A DNA stretch of 63,542 nt, counting the filler. It is 8 parts of 8 records of this genome, joined end to end, with 100 filler letters (N's around TTAATTAATTAA, not from the genome) between each part and the next. Parts side by side here need not be neighbours in the genome. Positions count along the whole stretch, not along the records: positions 18,563 to 27,199 come from SRR31147125_7735; positions 27,300 to 35,120 come from SRR31147125_7756; 6 more parts are not named here. One strand, written 5' to 3'. Shown piece after piece: positions 23,324 to 34,218 of the stretch (positions are counted from its first letter, which is position 1; every line of letters starts with the position of its first letter). The position numbers and the translations under genes were made by a program. Under the pieces are notes generated by a model that saw only the letters and a list, made by a program, of their open reading frames with translations, ran no database searches and had not been told where the DNA came from.

Positions 23324-24231
23324 TGAAAGTATGGAAGGAAACTGTTATGAGAACATCTTTTAAAGAAAAGACATTAAATATTGCTAATACATTAGTATTA
23401 ATAGTAATTTCATTGATAATGCTATATCCATTTTATTATATCTTGATTTACTCATTATCTGATCCTATGCTTGTGTATAGAGAGAGTGTGTTTTTGCTGC
23501 CTAAAGGCTTTACGCTTATAAACTACAAAGAGATATTTACAAAAAATGATATATTCAGACCATTTTTAATTTCTTCATCCAGGGCAATTATCGGAGCGGC
23601 ATTAAATGTAATCGGATGCTCAATGTTTGCTTATGCACTTACTAAAAAGGAATTGCCTTTTAGAAAATTCATGTATAGGGCAGTTGTTATTACAATGTAC
23701 ATTAGTGCAGGGCTTATACCATATTACGTTTTAATATCAAAATTGCATTTAAGGAATAATTACTTAGTGTATATAATCCCGCACATAATAGTTGCTTATT
23801 ATCTTATCTTAGTTAAAACATATATTGAACAGCTACCTGCAGAACTAGAGGAATGTGCAATGTTGGAAGGAGCAGGTTATTTTAAAAGGTTCTGGCTAAT
23901 TATTATGCCAATAATAAAGCCAGTTTTAGCAGTAGTAGCAATTTTCGGAGCAGTAGGACAGTGGAATTTATGGGTAGATAATTTATATTTCTGCACAAAA
24001 TCTGAATTGATGACACTCCAGTTAATGTTATTAAAGTTTATGAAGAGTCAACAATTTAGCCTGCGCGATGCTGCCATGTTAGCAAGTATGAACCAGCAAC
24101 AAATACAGGTAACACCGCAATCAATTCAAATGACGATTACTGTTGTTGTAATACTACCAATTATGATGGTTTATCCTTTAATGCAAAGGTACTTTATCAA
24201 AGGTATTATGATAGGCGCTATTAAAGGATAA
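23323..24231 (+). CDS. Carbohydrate ABC transporter permease (LplC-like)
   Basis: QLPAELEECAMLEGAG; C-terminal YFIKGIMIGAIKG; true start may be ATG 23347. Confidence 0.92.
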   Translation: MKVWKETVMRTSFKEKTLNIANTLVLIVISLIMLYPFYYILIYSLSDPMLVYRESVFLLPKGFTLINYKEIFTKNDIFRPFLISSSRAIIGAALNVIGCSMFAYALTKKELPFRKFMYRAVVITMYISAGLIPYYVLISKLHLRNNYLVYIIPHIIVAYYLILVKTYIEQLPAELEECAMLEGAGYFKRFWLIIMPIIKPVLAVVAIFGAVGQWNLWVDNLYFCTKSELMTLQLMLLKFMKSQQFSLRDAAMLASMNQQQIQVTPQSIQMTITVVVILPIMMVYPLMQRYFIKGIMIGAIKG

Positions 24232-24304
24232 TTAGTTATGATATAGGGCTAGCTGAAATGCTAGTTAATCTATATAATATTAAATTAGAAGGAGAAGTTA
24301 AACT

Positions 24305-26044
24305 ATGAAAAACAAAAAGTTATTAGTATGGATTCTGGTATTAGTATTAATGATATCATTCGCTGGATGTACTAAAACAGCAGATGAGCCAGTCAATGAT
24401 ACTGGAGAAGTAACAGAAGCAAGTGAGTCGACTGAAGTACCTGAGGATGAAGAGGAACCAGTCACTCTGACTATTTTCCATTCAATGCAGGGAGTGCTGC
24501 CTTCAGAAATTCTTGATAATCCTGTAATGGAAAAACTTCAGGAAGAGACTGGAGTAATACTTGACTGGTCACCTTATATGGGTGGAGACGATCCTAGTGA
24601 AGCAATAAGCAGATTAATTGCAAGTGAAGATTTACCAGACATCATTATTCATACAGATCCAGCCATAAACAAATCTTTAATGGAGAATGGGCTTATAATT
24701 GATTTAGATTCTTTAGTTAATGAGTATGGTAGTGACATTACAGAGAATTTCGGTGAAGCTTTAGATTTTCACAAACTAATGTGGTCAAATGACACAGGAA
24801 AACTTTATTTTATTCCTGGAAATATAGAGAATGTACCATTCTGGCCAATGGGGTATGACTTAACTTTCCAAATAAGATGGGATTTATACAAGGAAATGGG
24901 TAGTCCTAGTCTGGAAAGTGCAGATGACTTGTTCAATTATGCAGTAGAAGCTAATAAATTGGAGCAGGAAAATGTTGACGGTAAAAAGACATATGCAGCA
25001 GGTATGCCTCTTGCAGATCCAGGTGGCTGGAGCTACATAGATTGGGATTTTGCACACTATGACGGCTTTATGGATTCAAATAGTATTATATACTATGATA
25101 CAGAAAATGATGCTGTTGCACCAAGATTGCATGACCCAAATAACTCTTTCTGGGAAGGAATGGAGTTCTACAACAAACTATATCGTGAAGGACTGCTTGA
25201 CCCAGAGTCTGCAACAATGAAATTCCAGCAGTGTCAGGATAAAGGTAAGGCATTAAGATATCACATTGGTATGGCAAACTGGCAAATCGGTTGGCCTAAC
25301 GGTGAGATATTTGCTAGAGGGTTAGAAGACGAAATGGGATTTGTACCTATACTATTAGACTCAAAAGAAGATTATACTGTTTATCGTTTCTTTTTCGATG
25401 TAGGTAATGGTGCATTGTGGTCAATATCAAAGGATTGTGAATATCCAGAAAAAGCAATGGAGCTATTTAACTATACAGCTACTTTTGAAGGTGCAGAACT
25501 TTTCTACAATGGTCCTGAAGGAATGCTTTGGGAAACAGTAGATGGCATCCCTACAACTATTGAATTTGATCCACCAAAGACAATTGATGAATTGAAAGAA
25601 GTAGGTACACCTTATGTATCACCTAACTTTGTAATTAATGGTATTGCAGATAATCCTGATGGATATAAAGTAAAATATGCCGACAATGATCCGGACAGAT
25701 ACAAAGAAAGTATGACACAAATGGAATTGGATTTCTGTGAAGAATTTGGATTAGACTATCCTACGCAGATATATGATACAAGAGAGAATCATGTTGCATC
25801 TATGGCATTAGTAAACTCAGTAAGACCTGATCCTACAAGTGAAATTGCTGTACTTCAGACAGACATTGAGAATGTACTTGATATTGAAATTGTTAAAGTT
25901 ATATATTCAGAAACAGAAGAAGAGTTTGAAGCCAACAAGGAAAAACTACTTGAAATCTTAACAAGTATGCAGATAGAAAAAGTATATAGCTGGTATGAAG
26001 ACAATTATGAAGCTGCAAAACAAAAAATAGAAGAATTAGGATAA
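24305..26044 (+). CDS. Carbohydrate ABC transporter extracellular solute-binding lipoprotein
   Basis: Lipobox FAGC, acidic linker, IASEDLPDI, NKLYREGLLDPE. Confidence 0.9.
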   Translation: MKNKKLLVWILVLVLMISFAGCTKTADEPVNDTGEVTEASESTEVPEDEEEPVTLTIFHSMQGVLPSEILDNPVMEKLQEETGVILDWSPYMGGDDPSEAISRLIASEDLPDIIIHTDPAINKSLMENGLIIDLDSLVNEYGSDITENFGEALDFHKLMWSNDTGKLYFIPGNIENVPFWPMGYDLTFQIRWDLYKEMGSPSLESADDLFNYAVEANKLEQENVDGKKTYAAGMPLADPGGWSYIDWDFAHYDGFMDSNSIIYYDTENDAVAPRLHDPNNSFWEGMEFYNKLYREGLLDPESATMKFQQCQDKGKALRYHIGMANWQIGWPNGEIFARGLEDEMGFVPILLDSKEDYTVYRFFFDVGNGALWSISKDCEYPEKAMELFNYTATFEGAELFYNGPEGMLWETVDGIPTTIEFDPPKTIDELKEVGTPYVSPNFVINGIADNPDGYKVKYADNDPDRYKESMTQMELDFCEEFGLDYPTQIYDTRENHVASMALVNSVRPDPTSEIAVLQTDIENVLDIEIVKVIYSETEEEFEANKEKLLEILTSMQIEKVYSWYEDNYEAAKQKIEELG

Positions 26045-26052
26045 AAAAAATT

Positions 26053-26085
26053 AGGCGAGAAGAAGTGAAAACTTCTTTTCGCTTT
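26053..26085 (+). terminator. Terminator or stabilising hairpin after the solute-binding protein gene
   Basis: GGCGAGAAGAAGT-GAAA-ACTTCTTTTCGCT. Confidence 0.65.
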
Positions 26086-26150
26086 ATAAGAAGATATTGA
26101 AGTATTCGGTATATTATAATGGCTAAATATTTAGAAGAAGGAGTTTGGTT

Positions 26151-27199
26151 ATGAAGATTAAAATTGCTATTATTACACTATTTTTGGTACTTTATTCTAT
26201 AAATATGGGAGTTGTAATGGTTGGTATAAATGGTTTGGATTATAATATTATAAGTGAAGTGAATGCTCAGAGTATTAACATTGCAGAAGGAAAAGATGTA
26301 ACAGTATCATCATTTTTAGATTCGAACTCTAGTGGAGACAAAGCTGTAGATGGGAATACTTCATCAACCAAATGGATAGCTAATGTAAGTTCAAAACCGC
26401 AATGGCTAGAAGTAGATTTAGGGTCAGCATACAATATTGATAGGTGTGAAACCTATTTTGAATTTACAGACGTTTTTTACCAATATAGAATTGAGTATTC
26501 CATCGATGGACAAGAGTGGAATGTTTTTGCAGATAGGTTGGGTAATAAAGTAGCTGGCAATCCTAAATATGTTGATTGGGGAAAAACAGTCTCTGCCAGA
26601 TATATTAGAATAGTTGTTGTTGACACAGAAACAGATGCAATGTGGGTAAGCATAAAAGAATTCCAAGTATTTGAAGTAGAATACAATAGCAATAATATTG
26701 CTTCTGGTAAAACGGCGACAGCATCTTCAGTGTTAGGAAGTAATTTTAGTGCAGATAAGGCTTTTGATGAAGACCTAACCAGTTCTCGTTGGGCAGCATC
26801 TGATAGTACTAAGCCACAATGGATAAAAGTCGATTTAGGTGAAAACTATAACATAGGAAAAATAGAAACTTATGTAGAATTTCCGACGGAATATTATAAA
26901 TATAAAATTGAATACTCTACTGATAATACTACATGGTATGTGTTTGCAGATAAGACTCAAAATATCTCGATGGGGAATCCTTACATTGACTGTGGTAGTG
27001 CTATAGGACGGTATGTAAAGATAACTATTACAGATACGGAAACTTCTCCTATGTTTGCATGTCTATATGAAATTAAGATATATGAAAATAATACAAATAC
27101 AGTAAATGTTGCACAAGGCAAAGTTGCTACATGTTCAACGCTTCAAGATGGTCAAAAAGATGCTGCAAAGGCTATTGATGGTGATAGCAGTTCAACAAA
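26151..27199 (+). CDS. Secreted protein with tandem F5/8 type C (CBM32/discoidin) domains, 3'-truncated
   Basis: Signal peptide; two complete repeats and a third starting (NIAEGK..KAVDG..KW..PQWLEVDLG..ARYIRI). Confidence 0.88.
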
Positions 27200-27299
27200 N
27201 NNNNNNNNNNNNNNNNNNNNNNNNNNNNNNNNNNNNNNNNNNNTTAATTAATTAANNNNNNNNNNNNNNNNNNNNNNNNNNNNNNNNNNNNNNNNNNNN
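27200..27299. other. Artificial contig spacer
   Basis: N44-TTAATTAATTAA-N44. Confidence 0.99.
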
Positions 27300-27566
27300 G
27301 AAATTTATATTTCCAAAAGAAGATTTGATATTCATATTGCCCAAATAGGAAGTAATATGGATGGGATATTCAAAATTTATAAGATAAGTGAAAAAGAAAA
27401 AGAAGTTGCTATTCTAATAAAAAAAGGAAAGAGTAATCAAAAAATAGCAGATGAGTTGTTTATGAGTATTCATACAGTAAAATCTCATGTGTCAAGTATA
27501 TATAAAAAATTTGACATAAATAAACGTATGGAGCTTATTAAAATACTAAACCAATATAAATCATAG
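27300..27566 (+). CDS. LuxR-type HTH regulator, C-terminal fragment
   Basis: ISEKEKEVAILIKKGKSNQKIADELFMSIHTVKSHVSSIYKK. Confidence 0.85.
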   Translation, partial: EIYISKRRFDIHIAQIGSNMDGIFKIYKISEKEKEVAILIKKGKSNQKIADELFMSIHTVKSHVSSIYKKFDINKRMELIKILNQYKS

Positions 27567-27594
27567 AGTTTTTCAAAATTTTTACTTGTTAAAA

Positions 27595-27635
27595 CAATCA
27601 AGCACCCCAACTCAAGAGAATAGGGTGCTTGATTG
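27595..27635. terminator. Hairpin between convergent luxR and AKR genes
   Basis: AATCAAGCACCC...GGGTGCTTGATT. Confidence 0.7.
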
Positions 27636-27647
27636 ATTAATTCTATT

Positions 27648-28550
27648 TTAAGCAACTTCAAAGCCTCTGCACGCATCTAGTATTTTGAACCACTGTTTCC
27701 TAGTCAGTTTCATATCAACGGCTCTAATCGCTGCCTCTACTCTATTAAATTTCCCTGAGCCAACAATAGGCGCAATATCAACTGGGTGATTTATTAGCCA
27801 TGCATAGGCCACCTCATCTATTCCCTGCGCTCCTATTTCTTCTTTTACTTCCCCAAGAGCTTTTCGTAACCTTACATATTTTTCGTCATCAGATGTAAAT
27901 AGTTTTCCCCCTGCTAATGGTGACCAAGCCATAAGTTTAACCCTATTTTTTAGCGCGTTATCTATAGCACCATTTTCGAAGTTATCATAACATGCAACTG
28001 ATAATTCTAACTGATTTACTACCAAAGGAAAGTCTAAGTATGACTGCAACATATCAAACTGTTCGGGTAAAAAATTAGATACACCAAAATGCTTAACCTT
28101 CCCACTTTCCTTAAGCTCTGTAAAGGCCCTGGCCACCTCTACAGGATTCATTAACATATCAGGTCTATGAATCAGTAGTAAGTCTACATAGTTCGTTTTA
28201 AGCCCCTTTAAAGACTTATCAAAAGTATACATGATATGCTCGTAACTTGTATCGTAATAATGTCCATCATTTTTAGGCATATTAGGATGTTTAAACTTTA
28301 TCCCGCATTTTGTAACTATCTCCATTTTTTCTCTAAGATCAGGTCTTGCCTCAAGCACCTCACCAAACAGTTCTTCTGCAACTCCACCTGCATATATATC
28401 AGCATGGTCAAATGTGCTAACTCCCTTATCTATACATCTCTCTACAAACTCTATCCTTTCATCAAGTCCCATATCCCAATTTTCCGCCCTCCACCAGCCG
28501 TGAATGACTTTTGATAAAGATAGACCCTCTGCTAACTCCACTCTTTGCAT
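27648..28550 (-). CDS. Aldo/keto reductase (YdhF/YcsN-like)
   Basis: FDHADIY, IVTKCGI, LLIHRPD, FGVSNF, NQLELS, AWSPLAGG. Confidence 0.93.
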   Translation of the reverse strand: MQRVELAEGLSLSKVIHGWWRAENWDMGLDERIEFVERCIDKGVSTFDHADIYAGGVAEELFGEVLEARPDLREKMEIVTKCGIKFKHPNMPKNDGHYYDTSYEHIMYTFDKSLKGLKTNYVDLLLIHRPDMLMNPVEVARAFTELKESGKVKHFGVSNFLPEQFDMLQSYLDFPLVVNQLELSVACYDNFENGAIDNALKNRVKLMAWSPLAGGKLFTSDDEKYVRLRKALGEVKEEIGAQGIDEVAYAWLINHPVDIAPIVGSGKFNRVEAAIRAVDMKLTRKQWFKILDACRGFEVA

Positions 28551-28564
28551 CTCTTTTCCTCCTG

Positions 28565-28951
28565 TTATTTTTCTCTTATAATCTCAATTTTGTATTCATC
28601 AGGATCAATAATAAAGTAATATGATGGCTTTCCATCTGTTGATAACCCTTTCATATTTGTAACTGTATATCCTGCCTCTTTATGTTTCTTGTGAGAGTTC
28701 TCCAAATCTCCAACTGCCAGCGCTATATGACCAAACCCATTTCCAATTACATATGGCTCTTCACGATCATAATTATATGTTAACTCTATTTCAAAGTTTC
28801 CACTTGCATCACTCAAAAAAACTAAAGTAAATTTCCATTCAGGAAAGTCTCTTCTTCTCGTCACTTTTAAACCAAGTGCTTTTTCATAAAAATCAATTGA
28901 TTTTTCTAAATCCATTACCCTTATACACGCATGTGCTAATCTATATTCCAT
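28565..28951 (-). CDS. gloA: Lactoylglutathione lyase (glyoxalase I, VOC family)
   Basis: HACIRVMDLEKSIDFY, IELTYN, GFGHIA, DPDEYKIE. Confidence 0.85.
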   Translation of the reverse strand: MEYRLAHACIRVMDLEKSIDFYEKALGLKVTRRRDFPEWKFTLVFLSDASGNFEIELTYNYDREEPYVIGNGFGHIALAVGDLENSHKKHKEAGYTVTNMKGLSTDGKPSYYFIIDPDEYKIEIIREK

Positions 28952-28991
28952 CTCTCTCCCCTTTCTAATTTAATTATTAGATAAACATATA

Positions 28992-29061
28992 TAAAAAAGC
29001 CTCAAAGCAATCAATCTATTTTAACACAAAACTTAGCTAAAATCATTGTTGCCTTGAGGCT
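28992..29061 (-). terminator. Long hairpin terminator downstream of the MCP gene
   Basis: AGCCTCAAAGCAA...TTGCCTTGAGGCT with an A-run 5' on + (U-run on -). Confidence 0.6.
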
Positions 29062-29078
29062 ATTAATTTAATTATTTT

Positions 29079-31133
29079 TTATAATTTGAAAAATTCAATA
29101 AACTGTTGAAGTGTTGCTAACTCTTCCTTTAACTCCTCTATAGAAGAGATACTTTTGTCATTAAGCTCAACTTGTGCATAAGTTGTAGAACTAATCTCCT
29201 CTGCTGAAGCTGCTGATTGCTCTGCAACAGAAGTAATGCTTGTTATTTTATCAAGAACAATATCTTTATCCTCTTCAATTTTTCTTACTTGGTTTTGTAA
29301 TACCCCTATTTCATTAACTATAATTTCCACATTTTCATTTGCATTATCAAATGCCTTTTTAGTATTTCCAAATGCAGTATGAGAGTTTGATATTACAGAA
29401 GCGGCGCTTTTCATTTTATCACTTGTTTGGTGAATTCCATTTTCTATTTCACCTATGATTCCTTTAATATCATTTGCTGCTTTTGATGACTCTTCAGCCA
29501 GTTTTCTTACTTCATCAGCTACTACTGAGAAACCTCTACCAGCTTCCCCTGCTCTAGCCGCCTCAATAGCTGCATTTAGCGCAAGTAAGTTTGTTTGTTC
29601 AGATATAGCTTCGATAGTTGCTATTATCGAAACAACTGTACTTGATTTTGATTCTAAATTGTCAAACTCTTTAGCAATAACATTAGTTGAATTAAGGTTA
29701 TCCGCTAAAGTCACTTCTAAACTTTCGATATTTGCCACAACTGTTTGATTTTGTTGTTTAGTTTCATTTGCATTATCTATAATATTCAAAACTTTTTCAC
29801 TGATAAGTTGAATGTCTTCAGCTAAACCATTTGTAATCTCTAGGGCTTGGTGACTTTCATTTGCCTGATCAGATGCTCCATTTGATATTTCATTTACAGA
29901 AGTAGCAATCTCTTTACTAGAAGTAGCTAATTGCTCTCCGGAATCAACAATAACTGTTGATGTAGTTTCAAGATTAATCATTAATGTTTTTATTTTCGAA
30001 ACTGTTTCTCTCAAATGCTCAACCATTAGATTAAAGTTTTCATTTAATATTCCAATTTCATCATTTGATTTATAAGTAAGTTCAGCATTAAGATTCCCTA
30101 TTGAGATCTCTTTTGTTGCTTCTACTACTTTATTTAAAGGCTTATAGATTTTATTAAGTAAAACCATAAATGCTCCAAACAATACTGCGATCGTTGCAAT
30201 AACAGACAAAATTATATTTGTAGAGCTTCTCTTTAGAACCTTAACTAAACCTTTTAGTGAATTATTCGTTATATTGGTATATTCAAAATATGGTGTTGTA
30301 TCAATCTCAGCAAAAATAACATATTTGATAGCTCCGTTAGAAGAGACAGGATAGTAGATACCCGCCTTTCCTTCGTTGAAATGAAGAATATGTTTTTTAG
30401 TTGAAAAAACCTCTTTTACTAACTCATCGTTTACTTTAGTTCCTTTTTTCCACTTTGAGCTTATACCTGGCTTTACTGTTTCAGTTAATACCAGGTTAGA
30501 CGGATCAATTAAGTATAACATCTCAATCTCATCATAATTTTTAATTGATTTTGCTAAGTTTTCCTCTAAAACTCCTGCGTTTAATCCCGACTCAATTACT
30601 CCTTTTTTTCCATAACGGGGAATTGCTGCAAATTTAAAAATTTCTCCTGTTTCAGCTTTCATTATTAAATTTGTCTGCATTATTTCTGCTTCCCCAGTTA
30701 GAAGCATTCTGTATCCTTCCCAGATATCCGTAAACAGGTTTACACCTATAGACTTTTTCTCAGTTGAATAGATAAATTCACCTGTTTCATCTGTAATGTA
30801 ATACTCATTCATATCCGATTCTTCTGCCAAGGTTTCCAGTTTTGCATTGTCAACTTTCTCATACTTATCAATCTCTTTTAAAATCAATGCAGCATTTTTC
30901 AATCTATAATCAAGTTCTTTCTCAATCATAACTGTTTGTTTTGCTATGTTATCTGTTAAACCAACTAATGTAGATTCTACATTCTTTTCTGTAATTCCAT
31001 TTAGTTCAGCAATAAGGCTTTTACTTTGCTGTTCTGTTTTTTGTTTCTGTAAAAAAGTAAAGAAAACAGTTGTAAAAACTATACATAATGAAAAAATAGT
31101 AATTAACAATGAAAATTTCGTTTTAAATTTCAA
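29079..31133 (-). CDS. Methyl-accepting chemotaxis protein (TM-sensor-TM-HAMP-MCP signal)
   Basis: [37 protein letters not shown]; promoter TTGTGT-17-TATAAT at 31196-31168. Confidence 0.95.
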   Translation of the reverse strand: MKFKTKFSLLITIFSLCIVFTTVFFTFLQKQKTEQQSKSLIAELNGITEKNVESTLVGLTDNIAKQTVMIEKELDYRLKNAALILKEIDKYEKVDNAKLETLAEESDMNEYYITDETGEFIYSTEKKSIGVNLFTDIWEGYRMLLTGEAEIMQTNLIMKAETGEIFKFAAIPRYGKKGVIESGLNAGVLEENLAKSIKNYDEIEMLYLIDPSNLVLTETVKPGISSKWKKGTKVNDELVKEVFSTKKHILHFNEGKAGIYYPVSSNGAIKYVIFAEIDTTPYFEYTNITNNSLKGLVKVLKRSSTNIILSVIATIAVLFGAFMVLLNKIYKPLNKVVEATKEISIGNLNAELTYKSNDEIGILNENFNLMVEHLRETVSKIKTLMINLETTSTVIVDSGEQLATSSKEIATSVNEISNGASDQANESHQALEITNGLAEDIQLISEKVLNIIDNANETKQQNQTVVANIESLEVTLADNLNSTNVIAKEFDNLESKSSTVVSIIATIEAISEQTNLLALNAAIEAARAGEAGRGFSVVADEVRKLAEESSKAANDIKGIIGEIENGIHQTSDKMKSAASVISNSHTAFGNTKKAFDNANENVEIIVNEIGVLQNQVRKIEEDKDIVLDKITSITSVAEQSAASAEEISSTTYAQVELNDKSISSIEELKEELATLQQFIEFFKL

Positions 31134-31318
31134 TTCAAAATCCCTCCCACAATATATATTAGATAATATTATATATTATTTACTTTTTTTACACAAGTAA
31201 AATTTCGAATTTTGTTCTGTTTCCAGTACACTTTCACAGGTCTTTTACCTTCTAAACGAACACAAGCGCTATTGGAAGTTCGACAACTAATATCCCAAAC
31301 TACTGCAACAAACTCACT

Positions 31319-31951
31319 CTACTTAGTCAGCATCTCCCTCACTCTAGGATTTGACTTTCTCTCTTCACCTATTGTAGATGAATCGTAATGCCCCGGAAAT
31401 ACCTCAATATCATCATCCAAAACCATTAGTTTCTCTAATATTGATCTCTTTAGATTTTCATAATTACTCTCTTCAAAATCACTTCTCCCTACAGAGTTTT
31501 TAAAAAGTGTATCTCCTGTTAAAAGTATATCTCCACACTTAATACAAATGTCGCTTGATGTATGTCCTGGTGTATAGATTATCTCTAGTTTCATTTCACC
31601 AATCTCTACAATATCACCATCTTTCATAGTTTTATCAGCTACAATCTTTGTCTCATTAACAGGTCTAAGGCCAGACAAATTAATAGTTGAATCATTTAAA
31701 CCTTTTACTCCATTTTCATGAATATATACAGGTATCCTATACTTCTCTTTTAAATCCTCTACTGCTAAAATATGGTCATAATGATAATGAGTAAGCATTA
31801 TCGCCTTTGGGTGCAAACCCTCATTTCCCACAAGTTCTATTAAAAAATCACTGTTATCACCCGGATCAACTATTACTAAATCATTGTTGGAATCAAACAA
31901 AAAATAACAGTTTGTTTCTCCTCTACCTACTTCAATTCTTATCAGGTTCAA
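31319..31951 (-). CDS. MBL-fold metallo-hydrolase (glyoxalase II-like)
   Basis: THYHYDH, TPGHT, TGDTLF, FPGH. Confidence 0.9.
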   Translation of the reverse strand: MNLIRIEVGRGETNCYFLFDSNNDLVIVDPGDNSDFLIELVGNEGLHPKAIMLTHYHYDHILAVEDLKEKYRIPVYIHENGVKGLNDSTINLSGLRPVNETKIVADKTMKDGDIVEIGEMKLEIIYTPGHTSSDICIKCGDILLTGDTLFKNSVGRSDFEESNYENLKRSILEKLMVLDDDIEVFPGHYDSSTIGEERKSNPRVREMLTK

Positions 31952-32212
31952 TTAAATCACTCCTACTCAATTTTTTATTTTTCTTTATAGGTGTAGTCTA
32001 CTACAAAGAGCTAATCTTTACAAAAGAAATCTTATTATTTTTATAGGATTTATCTAAGTTATTTTGAATAGAAGTATAGAAATATGGTTAAAAACTTTAC
32101 ATAATTTGTTTTTTTATTTAATTTGAGGTATTATACAAAGCTCTTTTATATGATATAATATATGAGTATGTGAAGAATACAAAATCGAATGCGATTGGAA
32201 AAGAGGAGACAC

Positions 32213-32911
32213 ATGTTACAACATCTTGTAAAAAAGACAATGTTTGAGTCATTTGAAAACATAGTTAGGGTGCTTATCTATAATGCTGCTATTATATTTT
32301 TCATGGGAGCTTTAATCACCTTAGTTCTTCAAACAGGAGGATTTTATCAACTGCCTTTAGTGTTATTTGTTATATGCACTACCTTTAGCGGTTCACTACT
32401 ATTAGTTTCATTTAAAGGAAAAGATAAGTTGAAAAAAACATTTATTAACTCACTAATTTTAGCTTTAATAAATGGAATATTTATCTTTGCAAGCCTTAGT
32501 TCATTTATTTTTTATTTAAATAAAAATAACTTAATTCTTGGGACTCTGATGTTCTGGATCACTCTTGCATGGCTTACAATTGTCTTACTTGTAATGGCTA
32601 TTTTGATCGAGGACAGTTGTAGTCTAAAAGATGCATTTAGATTAGCTGGAAGAGTATCGTTAGTTCACGGAAAAGATGTTTTGATTTTCCTTATCTATTT
32701 TTGTTCTTTCTTTATCTTTACTCCATTATTAATATTTGGTGGAGGAACTTCCGTTATTTTGCTTAAAAACTTCTATAATATTATTATGCTAAAAGATAAG
32801 TATATGGTAGAACATCCAAGTGAAAAGCTTGACTGGAATGAGATATTAAAAGATGAAGTTGAAAAAATCAATCAAAAGAGTTTAAAAAGTATCTTTTTCC
32901 CTTGGAAATAG
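32213..32911 (+). CDS. Conserved hypothetical multi-pass membrane protein
   Basis: About 6 hydrophobic segments; C-terminus DWNEILKDE...KSIFFPWK; ATG after GAGGAG. Confidence 0.7.
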   Translation: MLQHLVKKTMFESFENIVRVLIYNAAIIFFMGALITLVLQTGGFYQLPLVLFVICTTFSGSLLLVSFKGKDKLKKTFINSLILALINGIFIFASLSSFIFYLNKNNLILGTLMFWITLAWLTIVLLVMAILIEDSCSLKDAFRLAGRVSLVHGKDVLIFLIYFCSFFIFTPLLIFGGGTSVILLKNFYNIIMLKDKYMVEHPSEKLDWNEILKDEVEKINQKSLKSIFFPWK

Positions 32912-32930
32912 ATTATAAAACTTATATAAG

Positions 32931-32970
32931 AAAAAATACAGGTACTTTGATTATCAAAGACCTGTATTTT
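32931..32970. terminator. Bidirectional terminator
   Basis: AAAAATACAGGT-ACTTTGATTATCAAAG-ACCTGTATTTTT between convergent genes. Confidence 0.8.
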
Positions 32971-32990
32971 TATTTATGATGATCTTAAAC

Positions 32991-33491
32991 CTATTTTTCT
33001 ACTTTATAAACTGTTGTAGTCCCACCATTCCACTTTCTACTAGATACAACTGTTCTCTTTACATCTCTCCATGAGTCAAATATAATATCTCCTGGTAATT
33101 CATTATCAAAATAAACTACTACCAGCTCATCGGCATAAGGTAGAAATAGTTCCCAAGTTATTTTTCCACCTGGAATTAGAAGCACTTTATCACTATCTTT
33201 ATATTTTTCAACTAGTTCCTTATAGTCATTTACTATACTTGCATGGGGATTTCCTTTTAGGTCAACATTTCCTGTTCTAGAAAGTACAAATACTTTGTTT
33301 TCATCTGAACCGTACTCAACAAAGAACGGGTCATATGTATTTGATCCTACTGCAACATCATCTCCATAAAAAGTTTTTCCTAACTCTTCTTGCGTTCCCT
33401 CTGGCCATGCTGCAAATCTCTTCGGATTATCAGCAGGGTTTTTAAAGCCAATTGTATTTCCATCATCTGTAGCAAAAACTAATCTAATCAT
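32991..33491 (-). CDS. Divergent dihydrofolate-reductase-fold protein
   Basis: IRLVFATDDGNTIG, VGSNTY, VFVLSR, IPGGKITWELFLPYADEL, GDIIF match the DHFR scaffold; substrate loop is atypical. Confidence 0.7.
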   Translation of the reverse strand: MIRLVFATDDGNTIGFKNPADNPKRFAAWPEGTQEELGKTFYGDDVAVGSNTYDPFFVEYGSDENKVFVLSRTGNVDLKGNPHASIVNDYKELVEKYKDSDKVLLIPGGKITWELFLPYADELVVVYFDNELPGDIIFDSWRDVKRTVVSSRKWNGGTTTVYKVEK

Positions 33492-33622
33492 TTTAATATC
33501 CTCCTAATTTTAATTGTGCCATAGAAGCGTTCTACAGCTTTTTTTATATATACTCCCATTAATCAAATAAATTTTCTTTTTAGAATGCTCATCTCTTTTT
33601 GACTATACACCTAAATTTATCT

Positions 33623-33641
33623 TGTAACCATTTCGGTTACA
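33623..33641. promoter_or_regulatory. Rrf2-type operator upstream of the DHFR-like gene
   Basis: TGTAAC-CATTTCG-GTTACA. Confidence 0.75.
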
Positions 33642-33667
33642 GGTACGTGTAGAAAAAGATAAGCTCT

Positions 33668-34087
33668 TTATAATTTTTCCATTTTATTAAGTAAATCTTG
33701 CACACTTACCCCACCAAGTACTGCTTCCATCGCTTCCTGAGCATTAACTAATATACTCTCTAGCAATAACTGAATTGCAGCCCCTACAGGACAGTTTACA
33801 TTTGGGCTGTCATGTAGATTAAATAACTTATCTGCCTCGACACCACTTACAGCTTTGTAAATATCAAGCAAAGTTATCTCCGCAGGTGTTTTCGTAAACT
33901 CATATGTGCTTTTACCCTGATGGGCGATTAATAGATTATTCTTTTTTAATAAACCGATTGTTTTCCTGATTACAACAGGATTTGTATTCACACTTCCTGC
34001 CATTAATGCTGAAGTTATCTCACCTTTAGCTACTTCAATTAACAACATTGTATGAACAGCAACTGAAAACTTTGAATTAATACTCAT
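33668..34087 (-). CDS. Rrf2-family regulator (YwnA/HypR/SifR-like, no Fe-S Cys triad)
   Basis: SKFSVAVH, AGSVNTNPVVIR, ITLLDIYKAV, PNVNCPVG; ATG 34087 after GAGG. Confidence 0.9.
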   Translation of the reverse strand: MSINSKFSVAVHTMLLIEVAKGEITSALMAGSVNTNPVVIRKTIGLLKKNNLLIAHQGKSTYEFTKTPAEITLLDIYKAVSGVEADKLFNLHDSPNVNCPVGAAIQLLLESILVNAQEAMEAVLGGVSVQDLLNKMEKL

Positions 34088-34218
34088 TATAAACACCTCA
34101 ATTATTTTTCTAAACTCTGTAGGTTTCATTTAAGTTATTTTACTTAGAAAAATAAGTATAAATGAATTTGCTTAAACATAACATGATTTTTATATTTAAA
34201 TTATCCTGCAAATCCCCC

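Noticed and set aside
31134..31318. c-di-GMP riboswitch upstream of the MCP gene
   Set aside because: No GGCAAA/GAAA/GCAAAG-type consensus, and the structured part lies upstream of the promoter
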